Shown here: one piece after another, positions 21,715 through 32,244 of the stretch | Layout: every line of letters starts with the position of its first letter | Numbering within the stretch: the stretch's first letter is position 1 | Translations under genes and position numbers: made by a program | The notes under the pieces: generated by a model | Databases searched by the model: none | Seen by the model: the letters and a program-made list of their open reading frames with translations, nothing else | What the model was told of the DNA's origin: nothing | Assembly: GCA_965226495.1 (NCBI GenBank) | Contig: OZ245365.1 | Location: forward strand, 4,768,001 to 4,832,000 | DNA length: 64,000 nt | Source: Candidatus Marinacidobacterales bacterium | GTDB taxonomy: Bacteria; Acidobacteriota; Vicinamibacteria; Marinacidobacterales; DATDRI01 | Reading direction: 5' to 3'

Positions 21715-22764
21715 CTATTTCAGCGAGTCCATCACCTCATCCAAGGCTTCCTTGGGAGGTCGGAGCTTTTCCTGAGAAAGGTGCGCCAGCGGTTCATCCA
21801 CGAGATTGAGAAGCTCCAGAAAGTTCTGGCGGTTAGGATCCACGTAGAGCAAGCCGGTAATAAACTGCTGGTCCTGCATCGCCCCGCGCAGTAGATCCAA
21901 GGCACGGCGGGCATCGGTGGGATCGTAGCTGCGCTCGAGCTTCTTGAGCACGATACGAGAACCATCGTGAAGCTCCACTTCCATGGCAGTTCCCTCCTCG
22001 TAGTCCACTTCAATTTGCTCGAAGTAAGGAACGAAATCCACCTCATGAAGCATATCTTCGTTCTCTTTGCCCCAAGTGTAACTCTTGGTGGAGCCAGGGT
22101 GATTGTTGAAGGTCACGCAAGGACTGATGATGTCCAGAACCGCCGTTCCTTTGTGAGAGAGAGCGCCCTCGAGTAGAGCCAAGACCTGCTTCGGATCGCC
22201 CGCGAACGATCTAGCGACGTACGTGGCGCCCAGCTCAACGGCCATCGTGCACAAATCGATCGCCGGCAAATCGTTGACCACTCCTGTTTTCAATTTGGAG
22301 CCAAGGTCCGCAGTTGCGGAAAACTGACCCTTGGTGAGTCCGTAAACGCCATTGTTCTCGACGATATAGACGATGGGCAAATTCCGACGCATCAAATGAA
22401 CGAACTGGCCAACACCGATCGAAGCGGTGTCACCGTCCCCGGAAACGCCGACCGCCCTCAGGCTCCGATTGGCGAGCACGGTCCCAGTGGCGACCGAGGG
22501 CATGCGGCCGTGAACCCCGTTGAACCCATGGCTCTTGCCCAAGAAATAGGCCGGTGTCTTTGAGGAACAACCGATCCCCGAGAGCTTCGCCACTTGGTGC
22601 GGGCGAACACCCAGTTCGTAGAACGCCTTGGTGAGCTGGCTACTGATGGAATCGTGGCCGCAGCCGCTGCACAACGTCGAAGGTTGCCCCTTGTAGTCGA
22701 GCAGCGCGAGGCCAATGCGATTCGTCTTCTTGGGGGGGCCGGGGCGATCTGTTACGGTGGCCAT
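21715..22764 (-). CDS. 2-oxoacid:ferredoxin oxidoreductase beta subunit
   Basis: CSGCGH, SGIGCS, HGR, GDGD..ENNGVYGLTKGQ TPP motif. Confidence 0.93.
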   Translation of the reverse strand: MATVTDRPGPPKKTNRIGLALLDYKGQPSTLCSGCGHDSISSQLTKAFYELGVRPHQVAKLSGIGCSSKTPAYFLGKSHGFNGVHGRMPSVATGTVLANRSLRAVGVSGDGDTASIGVGQFVHLMRRNLPIVYIVENNGVYGLTKGQFSATADLGSKLKTGVVNDLPAIDLCTMAVELGATYVARSFAGDPKQVLALLEGALSHKGTAVLDIISPCVTFNNHPGSTKSYTWGKENEDMLHEVDFVPYFEQIEVDYEEGTAMEVELHDGSRIVLKKLERSYDPTDARRALDLLRGAMQDQQFITGLLYVDPNRQNFLELLNLVDEPLAHLSQEKLRPPKEALDEVMDSLK

Positions 22765-22773
22765 CTTGAGCTC

Positions 22774-24654
22774 CTATATTTTTTTCTTGGAAGGGGAAGA
22801 GTTGGACGTCGTCTTTTCCCGACCCGCGATCTCATCGGTCACAGAGCGTGCATCGATGGGCAGGCCGTTGTAGTGAAGAACGCTTCTGATCTTGTCCTGC
22901 GCTCCGGGCTCGCTCGAGACCTCGAGACGCAGGAGCTGTGCCATTTGCGCATCACGATTCTGCTCCACGACGTAAACTCGTTTGCAGGATCGAATGAACG
23001 ATGCGACCTCTTCGTTGAAAGGCAGGGCGCGGAGACGAAGATAGCGTGTCTTGAGGTTTTCATCCGCCTCTAACTGATCTCGTGACTCCATCACCGCCCA
23101 GTGCGAACTACCGAATGCAATGATCCCGATCTCCACATCGGCCTCACCAACAACCTCGGGAGCGGGGACGTACTTCCGCGCCGTCTCGAACTTGCGGGCC
23201 AGTCGATCCATATTGTTTTGATAATCGCCGGGTCGCTCGGTGTACTGGGCGTTCTCGTTGTGGCCGCTCCCGCGCGTAAAGTAGGCGGCCGCAGGATGGT
23301 CGGTTCCGGGAAGCGTTCGATACGGGATTCCGTCGCCGTCGACGTCACGATAGCGCCCAAAGCTGCCCAGCTTTTCCAAATCTTCCGCTGTCAGAACTTT
23401 CCCGCGGTCGAAGGGCTTTTCCGGATATGGGAACGGATCCGACATCCAGTAATTCATTCCCAAATCCAGGTCGGAAAGGACAAACACGGGGGTCTGCAGA
23501 CGTTCGGCGAGATTGAACGATTCGGTACCGAACTCGAAACACTCCTCGACCGAAGCCGGGAGAAGGCAAACATGCTTGGTGTCGCCATGCGATAGAAGAT
23601 GGGTCGACATGACGTCTCCTTGTGCCGTTCGCGTAGGAAGACCGGTGGATGGACCCACCCGCTGGATATTCCAGATAACGACCGGGATCTCGGCGTAGTA
23701 TCCGAACCCGACGAATTCCGACATCAACGAAATGCCCGGCCCACTGGTGGCGGTCATGGAACGCGCGCCCGTCCAGCCAGCGCCGAGCGCCATGCCGATG
23801 GCGGCCAATTCGTCTTCTGCCTGCACAATGGCAAAGGTGGCTTTGCCCGTCTCTTTGTCGACCCGATATTCCCTCATGAAATCGATGAGCTGCTCGCAAA
23901 CACTGGAAGAGGGTGTGATGGGGTACCAGGTCACCACGCTTACACCGCCGAACATCGCTCCCAGCGCGGCCGCTGCGTTACCATCGATCAAGACCTTGCC
24001 CTCGGTTTTGTTCATGCGTTCCACGCGAAGGGGATCGGTTTTGGTGAAATTTTGCTGGGCATAATCGAAACCCATGTCGATGGCATTTTGATTGAGCTCG
24101 ATCGCCTTTTTCTTCGACTTGAACTGTTTGCTGACCGTGGTCTGGATCTCTCCCCTGTCGATAGACAGCAACTGACCGACGACACCGACGTAGATCATGT
24201 TAGCCAAGAGTTTTCGGAGCTTGACTTCCGGTATCAATTCTTTGGCTAGCTCTGCGAACGGAACGGGGTAGTACACCAGATCAGAACGCGAACCCTCGAG
24301 CTTGAGCGTTTGCTCGTAGACAACGGCCGCACCCGGCCTCAGGCTCGCAACGTCCTCGTGCGCCGTCTGAGGATTCATCGCCACCAGGAAATCGACCTCC
24401 TTGCGGCGAGCGAGGTACCCGTGCTTGCTGGCTCGAATCGTGAACCAGGTGGGGAGGCCGGCGATGTTCGAAGGAAACAGGTTCTTGCCGCTGACCGGAA
24501 CACCCATGCGAAAGATGGAACGCATGAGGACGTTGTTGGAGGATTGACTTCCCGAGCCGTTAACGGTCGCTACTTGAATCGAAAAGTCGTTGATGACTGG
24601 CTCTGGCTGAGCCTCCCGCTTATGCTTCTCACTCACCGCCGCTTCTGTAGTCAA
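22774..24654 (-). CDS. 2-oxoacid:acceptor oxidoreductase alpha subunit
   Basis: YPITPSS, QAEDELAA, TATSGPG, QRVGPSTGLPTR. Confidence 0.93.
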   Translation of the reverse strand: MTTEAAVSEKHKREAQPEPVINDFSIQVATVNGSGSQSSNNVLMRSIFRMGVPVSGKNLFPSNIAGLPTWFTIRASKHGYLARRKEVDFLVAMNPQTAHEDVASLRPGAAVVYEQTLKLEGSRSDLVYYPVPFAELAKELIPEVKLRKLLANMIYVGVVGQLLSIDRGEIQTTVSKQFKSKKKAIELNQNAIDMGFDYAQQNFTKTDPLRVERMNKTEGKVLIDGNAAAALGAMFGGVSVVTWYPITPSSSVCEQLIDFMREYRVDKETGKATFAIVQAEDELAAIGMALGAGWTGARSMTATSGPGISLMSEFVGFGYYAEIPVVIWNIQRVGPSTGLPTRTAQGDVMSTHLLSHGDTKHVCLLPASVEECFEFGTESFNLAERLQTPVFVLSDLDLGMNYWMSDPFPYPEKPFDRGKVLTAEDLEKLGSFGRYRDVDGDGIPYRTLPGTDHPAAAYFTRGSGHNENAQYTERPGDYQNNMDRLARKFETARKYVPAPEVVGEADVEIGIIAFGSSHWAVMESRDQLEADENLKTRYLRLRALPFNEEVASFIRSCKRVYVVEQNRDAQMAQLLRLEVSSEPGAQDKIRSVLHYNGLPIDARSVTDEIAGREKTTSNSSPSKKKI

Positions 24655-24750
24655 CTTGGGAATCTCCGGATAGGCCTGCTCGAGCTTAGGGCATTAAGAC
24701 ATGATAACAAATCACTTAGGCTTATTGAACCCGCTTCGACAAGAATCTTG

Positions 24751-24820
24751 TCGGCAAGCGGCTTCGGTACAGCCGATGGCTCCTCGCGCAGGGTGCAGTG
24801 AGTCTTCAAGCACCCTGCTA
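24751..24820. repeat. Right-end fragment of the MITE-like family
   Basis: CGGCAAGCGGCTTCGG..GATGGCTCCTCGCGCA.GGTGCAGTG..AGCACCCTGCTA, as in 33450-33520. Confidence 0.75.
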
Positions 24821-24905
24821 TCCACCCTGGTGAGGGAGAGCCTCTTCTGAGCCCCTCGGTTTCCAGCATACAAAGTGCCTCTGTTCGTCGCAAGAGTTCG
24901 TGGGC

Positions 24906-26313
24906 CTATTTCCGACGAGCTCGACCCAATTCCGGGTTGCGCCTCGGTACAGGCTTCCGAGATACGCCGTACCGGGCGATCTTGTAGTGAAGGGCCCGCG
25001 GACTGATGCCGAGGATTCTCGCCGCCTTCTGGCGATGGTCGGTGACCTCTTCCAAGGTCTTCCGGATCATGATTTCCCACCTTGCGCAGGGGTGTCCCGA
25101 GGGGAACGTAGACGTCCCGGGCGGTTCCGTCGGAGCTCACCAGTTCGGGTGGCAGGTGCTCCGGGCGGATGGAGGTCGAATGCACCGTGACCGTCATGCG
25201 CTCGATGACGTTCCGCAGCTCCCGAATATTGCCCGGCCAGCCATAGCGCATCAAGATCTCTAGAGCCTCCCGACTCAGCTTCTTGGCTCGCTTTCGGTTC
25301 ATTCGCGCGAACTCCTTCAAGAAGCCGTCGGCCAACAGCGGGATGTCTTCTCGCCGCTCGCGTAGGGACGGCAAGTGAATCGGCACCACTGCCAACCGAT
25401 AGTAGAGGTCCTGACGGAAACGGCCTGCCTCGACTTCTTCCTTCAAGTCCTTGATGGTGGCGGTGATGATGCGGACGTCGACCCGGATCGTCTTGCCGCC
25501 GCCCAGCCGCAACAACTCTTTCTCTTGCAGCACCCTCAAGAACTCCACCTGCGTCTTGGCGGTCATTTGGCCCACTTCGTCCAGAAGCAGAGTGCCGCTG
25601 TGAGCGAGCTCGATCTTCCCCGCCTTGGTTTCGCCCCCGCCGCTGAACGCTCCCCGCTCGAAGCCGAAGAGCTCGCTCTCCAAGAGCCCTTCGGGAAGCG
25701 CACCGCAGTTGATCGTGACGAACGGACCGTCGCGGCGATCTCCACGCTTATGGATTGCCTTGGCCACCAGCTCCTTCCCGGTACCACTTTCCCCGGTGAG
25801 AAGCACGGTGGCATTGGTAGCAGCCACCTGAGTAGCCACTTCGTAGACTTCCGTGATGAGTCGACTCTTCCCCACTACCTTGCCATACTCGTCTTTCAAG
25901 GACAGCCGTTGCCTGAGACTGCGGTTTTCCTGCGCGAGGCCCCGCTTCTCCAGCGCCCGCTCTACCAGAACCGAAAGTCTCGCGAGGTCGAGTGGCTTGA
26001 GAAGATAGTCATAAGCCCCCTCCCTCATCGCCGCCACGGCGGCCTCAATGGAACCGTGTGAGGCGGTAACCATGACTTCCGTTTCGGGTGATCGCTGCTT
26101 GAGCTGCGCGAGGCGTTCCGCCCAGTCGTTGCCGAGAGTTCCAAGATCCAAGATCACCAGACCGTACTCGTTTCTCGAAGCTCGCTCCGTGGCACCGTCG
26201 ATCCGCTCAGGGGCATTCACGGAAAACCCTCGAGGACTCAAGGCCTCGACGATCGATTGTCGTTCCCGCTGCGATGGCTCGATGACCAGAATCCGCTCTC
26301 GCAGCGAAGGCAT
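24906..26313 (-). pseudogene. NtrC/AtoC-type sigma54 response regulator, frameshifted before the HTH
   Basis: REC plus AAA+ (GESGTGKE, WPGNIREL); the Fis HTH (KAARILGISPRALHYKI) lies in another frame after ~25077; GAFTGA changed to GAFSGG. Confidence 0.75.
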
Positions 26314-26736
26314 GGGCTTACTGTCCCCGTCGGCGGCTGGAGGCGATTTCCGCTACTCCAAACTCTCCCGCATAACGACCGAACCGTCGCAATGGGAGCG
26401 CGGATAGCTGGGTCCGGGACGGCCCACTAACGTCTTTTGAAAGAAGGACTTCTGCCCGTTCGCCCCGGGTCCCTTTCCTGACCTGCATTGTTTGCACTCG
26501 ACCCAAAACTAGCCCATACCGAGTAGGTGGTCAAATGACTCCGGGAGGACTGTGATTTGGGCCAAAATGGTGTGAGATCGATCGATCAGCACCTCTGCAT
26601 TTCTTGCGTTGTAGACATGACGAGTGTCGGGCGTCGTTGGTCGCGCTGGTTCACATTACCTGAAGCCGCCTCCACGCTTGCCGCCAAAACGGAACATCGG
26701 CAAGGTCCACACGTGGCCGGGCGGCGGTTCAGTTCG

Positions 26737-26766
26737 TTGACAGCGACTCTGTGCCGACTCTACACT
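26737..26766 (+). promoter_or_regulatory. Putative sigma70 promoter of ku-lig
   Basis: TTGACA-N18-TACACT. Confidence 0.5.
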
Positions 26767-26879
26767 GGCACCTGGCTAAGCCGATGGAGGCAACCAGACA
26801 TTTTGGTGCCCTTCACATTTTGGGCGGCGTTGCGGCCTTCTCGGCTTTATCGATAGAGGATCACGAAAGGGAGTTGATC

Positions 26880-27704
26880 GTGAGGCCTACGTGGAAAGGT
26901 TTTCTCAAGCTATCGTTGGTCAATATACCGGTGCGAATGTATCCGGCCGCCCGCTCACAGTCACTTCACTTCAATCAGATTCACAAGACCTGCAGTACAC
27001 GAATCAAATACGACAAGAAATGCCCCACGTGTAATTGCAGTGTGAGCAACGATGACATCGTCAAGGGCTATGAGCTCGCGAAGGACCAATACGTAATCCT
27101 CGACGCCGAGGACTTCGACAAGGTCCAGCTGGAGTCCACCAAGTCCATCTCCATCGTCCAGTTCGTGAGCGACGGCGACATCGACCCTGTGTACTACCAC
27201 GGATCCCATTTTTTGGTTCCGGACGGACCGGTTGCGATCGAGAGTTACGCAACGATCCGTATGGTAATGGAGGAAAAGCGACGCGTGGCACTCGCCAAAG
27301 TCGTCCTCAGCGGAAAGGAACAGGTCATGGCCATCCGCCCGAAAGATGATGGCCTTGTCATGTCCGGCCTTTACTACGGAGACGAAGTGCGGAGCATGAG
27401 CGCCCTCGAGGAGCTCCAGAACCAACCGGATGCCACCCCACAAGAGGTCGAGCTCGCCGGCCAGCTCATCGACAGCATCACCAAGCCGTTCCACCCCGAG
27501 TCGTTCGAAGACGAGTACCGCAAGCAGTTGCTCGACATCATCACTGCGAAGGCGGATGGCAAGGAGATCGTGGAGCCACCCCAAGTCGAAACAGGAAAGG
27601 TCATCAATCTCATGGACGCTCTCAAGAACAGCCTCGAGCGGGCACGAACCCCTGCCGCAGAAAGCGACAACGAGGAGCTCCCGGCCACCGGCACGACTCC
27701 ATGA
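26880..27704 (+). CDS. ku: Ku protein (NHEJ)
   Basis: GTG start after GGGAG; RPTWKGFLKLSLVNIPV, IVKGYE, VINLMDALK. Confidence 0.93.
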   Translation: MRPTWKGFLKLSLVNIPVRMYPAARSQSLHFNQIHKTCSTRIKYDKKCPTCNCSVSNDDIVKGYELAKDQYVILDAEDFDKVQLESTKSISIVQFVSDGDIDPVYYHGSHFLVPDGPVAIESYATIRMVMEEKRRVALAKVVLSGKEQVMAIRPKDDGLVMSGLYYGDEVRSMSALEELQNQPDATPQEVELAGQLIDSITKPFHPESFEDEYRKQLLDIITAKADGKEIVEPPQVETGKVINLMDALKNSLERARTPAAESDNEELPATGTTP

Positions 27705-27735
27705 AGTAGAACACTGAGGTGGGTCGGCTCCTCGA

Positions 27736-28689
27736 ATGACAGACTGGCTTGACAAGAAGATCACCCCCATGCTGGCCTCCTCGGGCCAGCCCTTCGACTC
27801 CAGTAAGCATCTCTACGAGATCAAGTGGGATGGGATTAGGGTCCTCGCCTTTTTCGGGAAAGACCGGATACGACTCCAAACGCGCCGCCATCTAGATACG
27901 ACACACCGATATCCAGAGATCGTCCGCGCCCTCAGCGAGCTCCCCGGAGAAGGGATCTTGGACGGCGAGGTCGTCGTCTTCGACGGAGACAAACCGAGTT
28001 TCGAACGGGCGCTCGAGCGCGAGCTGGTGTCCAATCCGGCCCGGATCGCGCAGCGTTCTCGCGACATCCCTGCGTACTACGTCGCCTTCGACCTTCTCTA
28101 CCTGGACGGACGCGTGCCCATGGAAGAGCCTCTATCCGAACGGAAGCGGCTTCTGTCGGGGCTCCTCACGGCAAGCCCTCCCCAACCCATTGTCGAGTCC
28201 GCCTACATTCTGGAGCGCGGATCCGCGTACTACCAGGAAGCCGCCGAACGGGGGCTCGAGGGCATCGTGGCCAAGACCCTCGACGGCCGTTACCTTCCAG
28301 GCAAACGCACGCGAGACTGGATCAAAATCAAAACCCGTCGCACAATCGATTGCGTCGTCTTGGGAACCGTCCGCGAGAAAGGCACGGGACGAGTGAAGTC
28401 CTTAGTGCTTGGTGCCTACCGAAACGGTGAGCTCACCTGGATCGGCAATGTTGGAAGCGGCTTGGATGGAAAGACACTGCAAGCGCTCAAGCAGGAGCTG
28501 GGTCCGCTCGAAAGTGGCCCGCCGGAAGGGCTCAAGGTCGTCGCGCCGGGCCACGTCCGCTGGCTCATGCCTGCCCTCGTTGCCCGCGTCGAGTACGCCG
28601 AGACGACCCGGGAAGGAAGGCTGAGGGCGCCGGTCTTCTTGGGGTTCGTGGACTCCCCACTCGAGAAATGCCTGGCCCCCAGCCAATGA
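27736..28689 (+). CDS. ATP-dependent DNA ligase (LigD/LigC-type ligase domain only)
   Basis: PML, EIKWDGIR, LDGE, FDLL, EGIVAK, WIKIK, LRAPVF. Confidence 0.9.
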   Translation: MTDWLDKKITPMLASSGQPFDSSKHLYEIKWDGIRVLAFFGKDRIRLQTRRHLDTTHRYPEIVRALSELPGEGILDGEVVVFDGDKPSFERALERELVSNPARIAQRSRDIPAYYVAFDLLYLDGRVPMEEPLSERKRLLSGLLTASPPQPIVESAYILERGSAYYQEAAERGLEGIVAKTLDGRYLPGKRTRDWIKIKTRRTIDCVVLGTVREKGTGRVKSLVLGAYRNGELTWIGNVGSGLDGKTLQALKQELGPLESGPPEGLKVVAPGHVRWLMPALVARVEYAETTREGRLRAPVFLGFVDSPLEKCLAPSQ

Positions 28690-28690
28690 C

Positions 28691-29260
28691 TCAACTCCCC
28701 ACAGGCAGAAGCTCTATCAGCTCTTTCACCAAACGCCCGGTGATTCCCCAGATGTCGTGCTCCCCGTGACGATAGTGATAGATGGGAATCCTTTGACCTG
28801 GCGATATCTCTCGCCGTTCTATGGAAAGCACGTCCGGTTCCCGAAGCGCGGCCAGAGGCACGAGTAACAGTTCTTCCACCTCGTGGTTAGTTCGAAATGC
28901 ATAGGGACCTTTTACCAAACCGACGAAGGGCGTGATGCAAAACCCAGTGATCGTTGGCATTTCGTCCATCTGTCCGAGAATATGGACGTCCGACGCTTTG
29001 AGTCCTACCTCTTCCTCGCTCTCTCTCAACGCCGCGGCCAGTGGAGAGGCGTCGCCCGGATCGATGGCCCCGCCGGGAAAAGAGATGTCGCCTGGCTGCC
29101 GCCGCAAGGAAGCGGCTCGGACCGTCAAGAGAAGCTTGTAGTCGCCCTCCTCCGAAACTAGTGGCAGAAGAACGGCTGCCGGCCGCAGATCGTCACTTAC
29201 CGCGTGTCGCGGCTTGCGGGCCTCCAGGCGACGACGTATCTCCTGCTCTATCTCGGCCAT
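28691..29260 (-). CDS. Nudix CoA pyrophosphatase
   Basis: AAVLLPL, ISFPGG..AALRESEEEVG, IWGITG. Confidence 0.9.
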   Translation of the reverse strand: MAEIEQEIRRRLEARKPRHAVSDDLRPAAVLLPLVSEEGDYKLLLTVRAASLRRQPGDISFPGGAIDPGDASPLAAALRESEEEVGLKASDVHILGQMDEMPTITGFCITPFVGLVKGPYAFRTNHEVEELLLVPLAALREPDVLSIERREISPGQRIPIYHYRHGEHDIWGITGRLVKELIELLPVGS

Positions 29261-29396
29261 GGCCCGTATTATGTTCCATCGACCGACGACTTTGATTGCG
29301 GAGGGTTGCTGCTGTTGGCTATAATGTCGATCCTCTCGAAGAGTCGGGCTGCCTTCGGCGGTCCCGACAGCGAACGAATGAGCCAGGAAATCCCCC

Positions 29397-30416
29397 GTGC
29401 CGAAGAATGTACCGAAGAGCCTCCGAGCCCGCGCGCCTACCCGTATCGATCTGGCGGGCGGGACCCTCGACATTTGGCCGGTCTATATGATGCTGGAACA
29501 GGCGGCCACCGTGAATGTCGCTATCGACCTCTATGCCGGGGCGACCATCGAGCCGTCCACTTCCACATGGCGCGTTACGGTCGAGGACGGCGGGCGGCAG
29601 ATCGAATCTCTGTCACCAGGGGAGCTCTCTAAGCAGATCGGCGCTGAGATCGCCGGTACGCTTCTCAGTTTCTTCACACCCGACGAGCCCGTCTCGGTCA
29701 CAACCCGCAGCCAAGCACCTTCACAATCGGGACTCGGAGCTTCCTCAGCGCTTGGAATCGCGCTGGCCGGTGGCCTGAACGAATGGACCGGCTCTCGGTA
29801 CGAGCCTTCGGACCTTATCGAGATCGTGAAGAACACTGAGGTAAAGATACTCGGGACGATGACAGGAGCGCAGGATCACTACCCTCCCGTCTACGGCGGT
29901 GCCAGCTGTCTCTGGTGGGGTATGAGCGGCGATCGACGCGAGCCGCTGCCCCTCGATGCCTCGAGTTTCGAGGACCGCTTCTTGCTCGCCTACACGCACC
30001 AACCGCACCGCTCGGGCGTCAACAATTGGGCAGTCGTAAAACGCTTCCTCGACGGAAATGCGGCAACACGCCTAGCTTTCGAGACCATCGGGGCCATCGC
30101 GGTTCAGATGCGGGAGGCGCTCGTAAACGGGGACCTGGAGCGCGCGACAGAGCTAGTCGGTGAAGAATGGGAGGCCCGTCAACGGCTGGCTCCCGCCGTC
30201 TCAAGCCCCGAAGTCGAACGGATCCTGAGCGCCGCGCTACAGTCTGGGGCCGATAGCGGGAAGGCGTGTGGCGCGGGTGGCGGCGGGTGCCTCCTCATCG
30301 CGGCACGGCCCGATAAGCGGGCGGCGGTTGAGGATGCGATTCGCGCCGCCGGAGGTTCCCTGGTAGCCTTTCACGTCGACACCCAGGGATTGCAACTGGA
30401 TTCAGCAGGAGGATAA
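29397..30416 (+). CDS. GHMP kinase (HddA/heptose-phosphate kinase-like)
   Basis: APTRIDLAGGTLD, PSQSGLGASS, GAQD, GKACGAGGGG. Confidence 0.85.
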   Translation: MPKNVPKSLRARAPTRIDLAGGTLDIWPVYMMLEQAATVNVAIDLYAGATIEPSTSTWRVTVEDGGRQIESLSPGELSKQIGAEIAGTLLSFFTPDEPVSVTTRSQAPSQSGLGASSALGIALAGGLNEWTGSRYEPSDLIEIVKNTEVKILGTMTGAQDHYPPVYGGASCLWWGMSGDRREPLPLDASSFEDRFLLAYTHQPHRSGVNNWAVVKRFLDGNAATRLAFETIGAIAVQMREALVNGDLERATELVGEEWEARQRLAPAVSSPEVERILSAALQSGADSGKACGAGGGGCLLIAARPDKRAAVEDAIRAAGGSLVAFHVDTQGLQLDSAGG

Positions 30417-30417
30417 T

Positions 30418-30981
30418 TTGGCCACCGCAACACAAATACGCAAAGGCTGGGTGATCAAACTGAACGACGAGCTTTTCTTAGTGCTCGCCATGGATCACAT
30501 CACGCCCGGCAAGGGTAAAGCCTTCGTTCAAACCAAACTACGAGGTCTCAAAAGCGGTCGGCTCCTCGACCACCGGTTCCGCTCTGCCGATAGCGTCGAG
30601 AAGGCCATCCTGACAAACGTCGAAATGAACTACCTGTACGGCTCGGGCGGAGAGCACCACTTCATGAACAACGAGACCTATGAGCAGCTCATCCTCACAG
30701 AGGTGATCCTCGGCGATGCGATGAACTATCTGGTGCCCAATAGCACCCTGAAGGTACAGATGCACGAGGGCACGGCGGTCGGCATCGAGCTTCCGGGCTC
30801 GGTGGAGCTCAAGGTCGTCGATACCGAGCCGGGGATCAAGGGTGCCTCGGCGCAGCAGCAATCCAAACCGGCCACTCTCGAGACGGGCCTGGTGGTGCAG
30901 GTTCCTTACTTCATAAACAAGGACGAAGTGATTCGGATCGACACCTTCGAAAGTAAGTACGTCGAGCGAGTCAAGTCGTGA
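30418..30981 (+). CDS. efp: Elongation factor P
   Basis: HITPGKG, KPATLETG, VPYFI. Confidence 0.95.
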   Translation: MATATQIRKGWVIKLNDELFLVLAMDHITPGKGKAFVQTKLRGLKSGRLLDHRFRSADSVEKAILTNVEMNYLYGSGGEHHFMNNETYEQLILTEVILGDAMNYLVPNSTLKVQMHEGTAVGIELPGSVELKVVDTEPGIKGASAQQQSKPATLETGLVVQVPYFINKDEVIRIDTFESKYVERVKS

Positions 30982-31659
30982 GTGACCATTGAGGGGAGAT
31001 CGACATTGATAGTTGCCATTGGCTCCACACGGGGTCCCAAGGTCGAGGCGGTCAGACGCGCACTGTCCATACTCAAGGAGCGATTCCCCGGTTTTTTTCG
31101 AGACGAACTCCGTCTCATCGCGAGGGCCGTACCCTCGGGGACCGCATCTACTCCCCTTTCGACGGCCGAGCTCATGCAAGGCGCCCAAACACGCGCGCAG
31201 GGACTCTTCGAGATTCTCTCCGAAGAGGGAACCGTCCCCAAGCTGTCGATCGGGCTCGAGGGAGGACTACGACGTGAAATCTTTGCGGGACTCGAGGAGC
31301 CGGTGGTTTCGTTAGAGGCATGGGCCTACGTCACCGACGGAGTGAGCGGTTTCTTTGGAAGCAGCGGTTGTTTGCCGCTTCCCGGCGAGCTCGTTCAAGC
31401 GGTGGTCGAACGAGGCGAAGACCTCGGGAACGCGGCAGACAAATTCTACGGCCAACAGGATGTAGCTGGACGGCAAGGAACGTTCGGGGTCCTAACTGCC
31501 GATCTAGTGACACGCGAGGAAGCGTTCGTGCGCGCTCTTCTCCACACCTTGGCCCCCTTCTACAACGCTTCCGCGTACGCAGAACGGGTTACCGAGAAGC
31601 CGACGAAGAAACGTCCGGGGGCATCGCCACAGGCGCCGCCAGCGCCTCACGAAGCTTAG
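30982..31659 (+). CDS. yjjX: Inosine/xanthosine triphosphatase (YjjX/DUF84)
   Basis: GSTRGPKVEAV, VPSG, GAQTRA, IGLEGG, GTFGVLT. Confidence 0.8.
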   Translation: MTIEGRSTLIVAIGSTRGPKVEAVRRALSILKERFPGFFRDELRLIARAVPSGTASTPLSTAELMQGAQTRAQGLFEILSEEGTVPKLSIGLEGGLRREIFAGLEEPVVSLEAWAYVTDGVSGFFGSSGCLPLPGELVQAVVERGEDLGNAADKFYGQQDVAGRQGTFGVLTADLVTREEAFVRALLHTLAPFYNASAYAERVTEKPTKKRPGASPQAPPAPHEA

Positions 31660-31671
31660 GGCCGATCGCAC

Positions 31672-32244
31672 ATGGATGTTGTTCGCTCTCGCACGGGGTG
31701 GATCGAGGTCATCACCGGGAGCATGTTCAGTGGTAAGAGCGAGGAGCTGATCCGCCGCATACGTCGCGCCCAGATCGCTCGGCAACGGGTCCAGGTCTTC
31801 AAACCGAGCATCGATGGCCGCTACAGTCTGGAGCATATCGTCTCCCACAACGACCAGCGACTCGAGGCGGAGCTAGTCCCCAACGCGGATGAAATCGAGA
31901 AACGCCTCGAGCACCGAACCGAGGTCGTTGGCATCGACGAGGCCCAGTTCTTCGATCCCGAACTGGCCAATGTGTGTAACCAATTGGCTAACATGGGCAA
32001 GCGAGTCATCGTCGCTGGCCTCGACCAAGACTACCTAGGCAAGCCCTTCGAACCGATCCCACAGTTACTCGCCATTGCGGAATACATCACCAAGACCTTG
32101 GCCATCTGCATGCGTTGCGGAAACCCTGCGAATCACACCCAGCGACTCGTCACGTCTCACGAGAGAGTCGTGGTCGGCGGCTCGGAGGCCTACGAAGCGC
32201 GCTGTAGACGGTGCTTCGAGCCCGGCCCGGCGAGCGACAACTGA
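31672..32244 (+). CDS. tdk: Thymidine kinase
   Basis: [28 protein letters not shown]. Confidence 0.95.
   Translation: MDVVRSRTGWIEVITGSMFSGKSEELIRRIRRAQIARQRVQVFKPSIDGRYSLEHIVSHNDQRLEAELVPNADEIEKRLEHRTEVVGIDEAQFFDPELANVCNQLANMGKRVIVAGLDQDYLGKPFEPIPQLLAIAEYITKTLAICMRCGNPANHTQRLVTSHERVVVGGSEAYEARCRRCFEPGPASDN

Noticed and set aside
25068-25082. G GGA AAT as a programmed -1 frameshift restoring the HTH
   Set aside because: The HTH is in the +1 frame; a -1 slip meets TGA within two codons
32190-32244. 55-bp convergent overlap of tdk and dppC
   Set aside because: Short tail overlaps are common; there is no evidence of function
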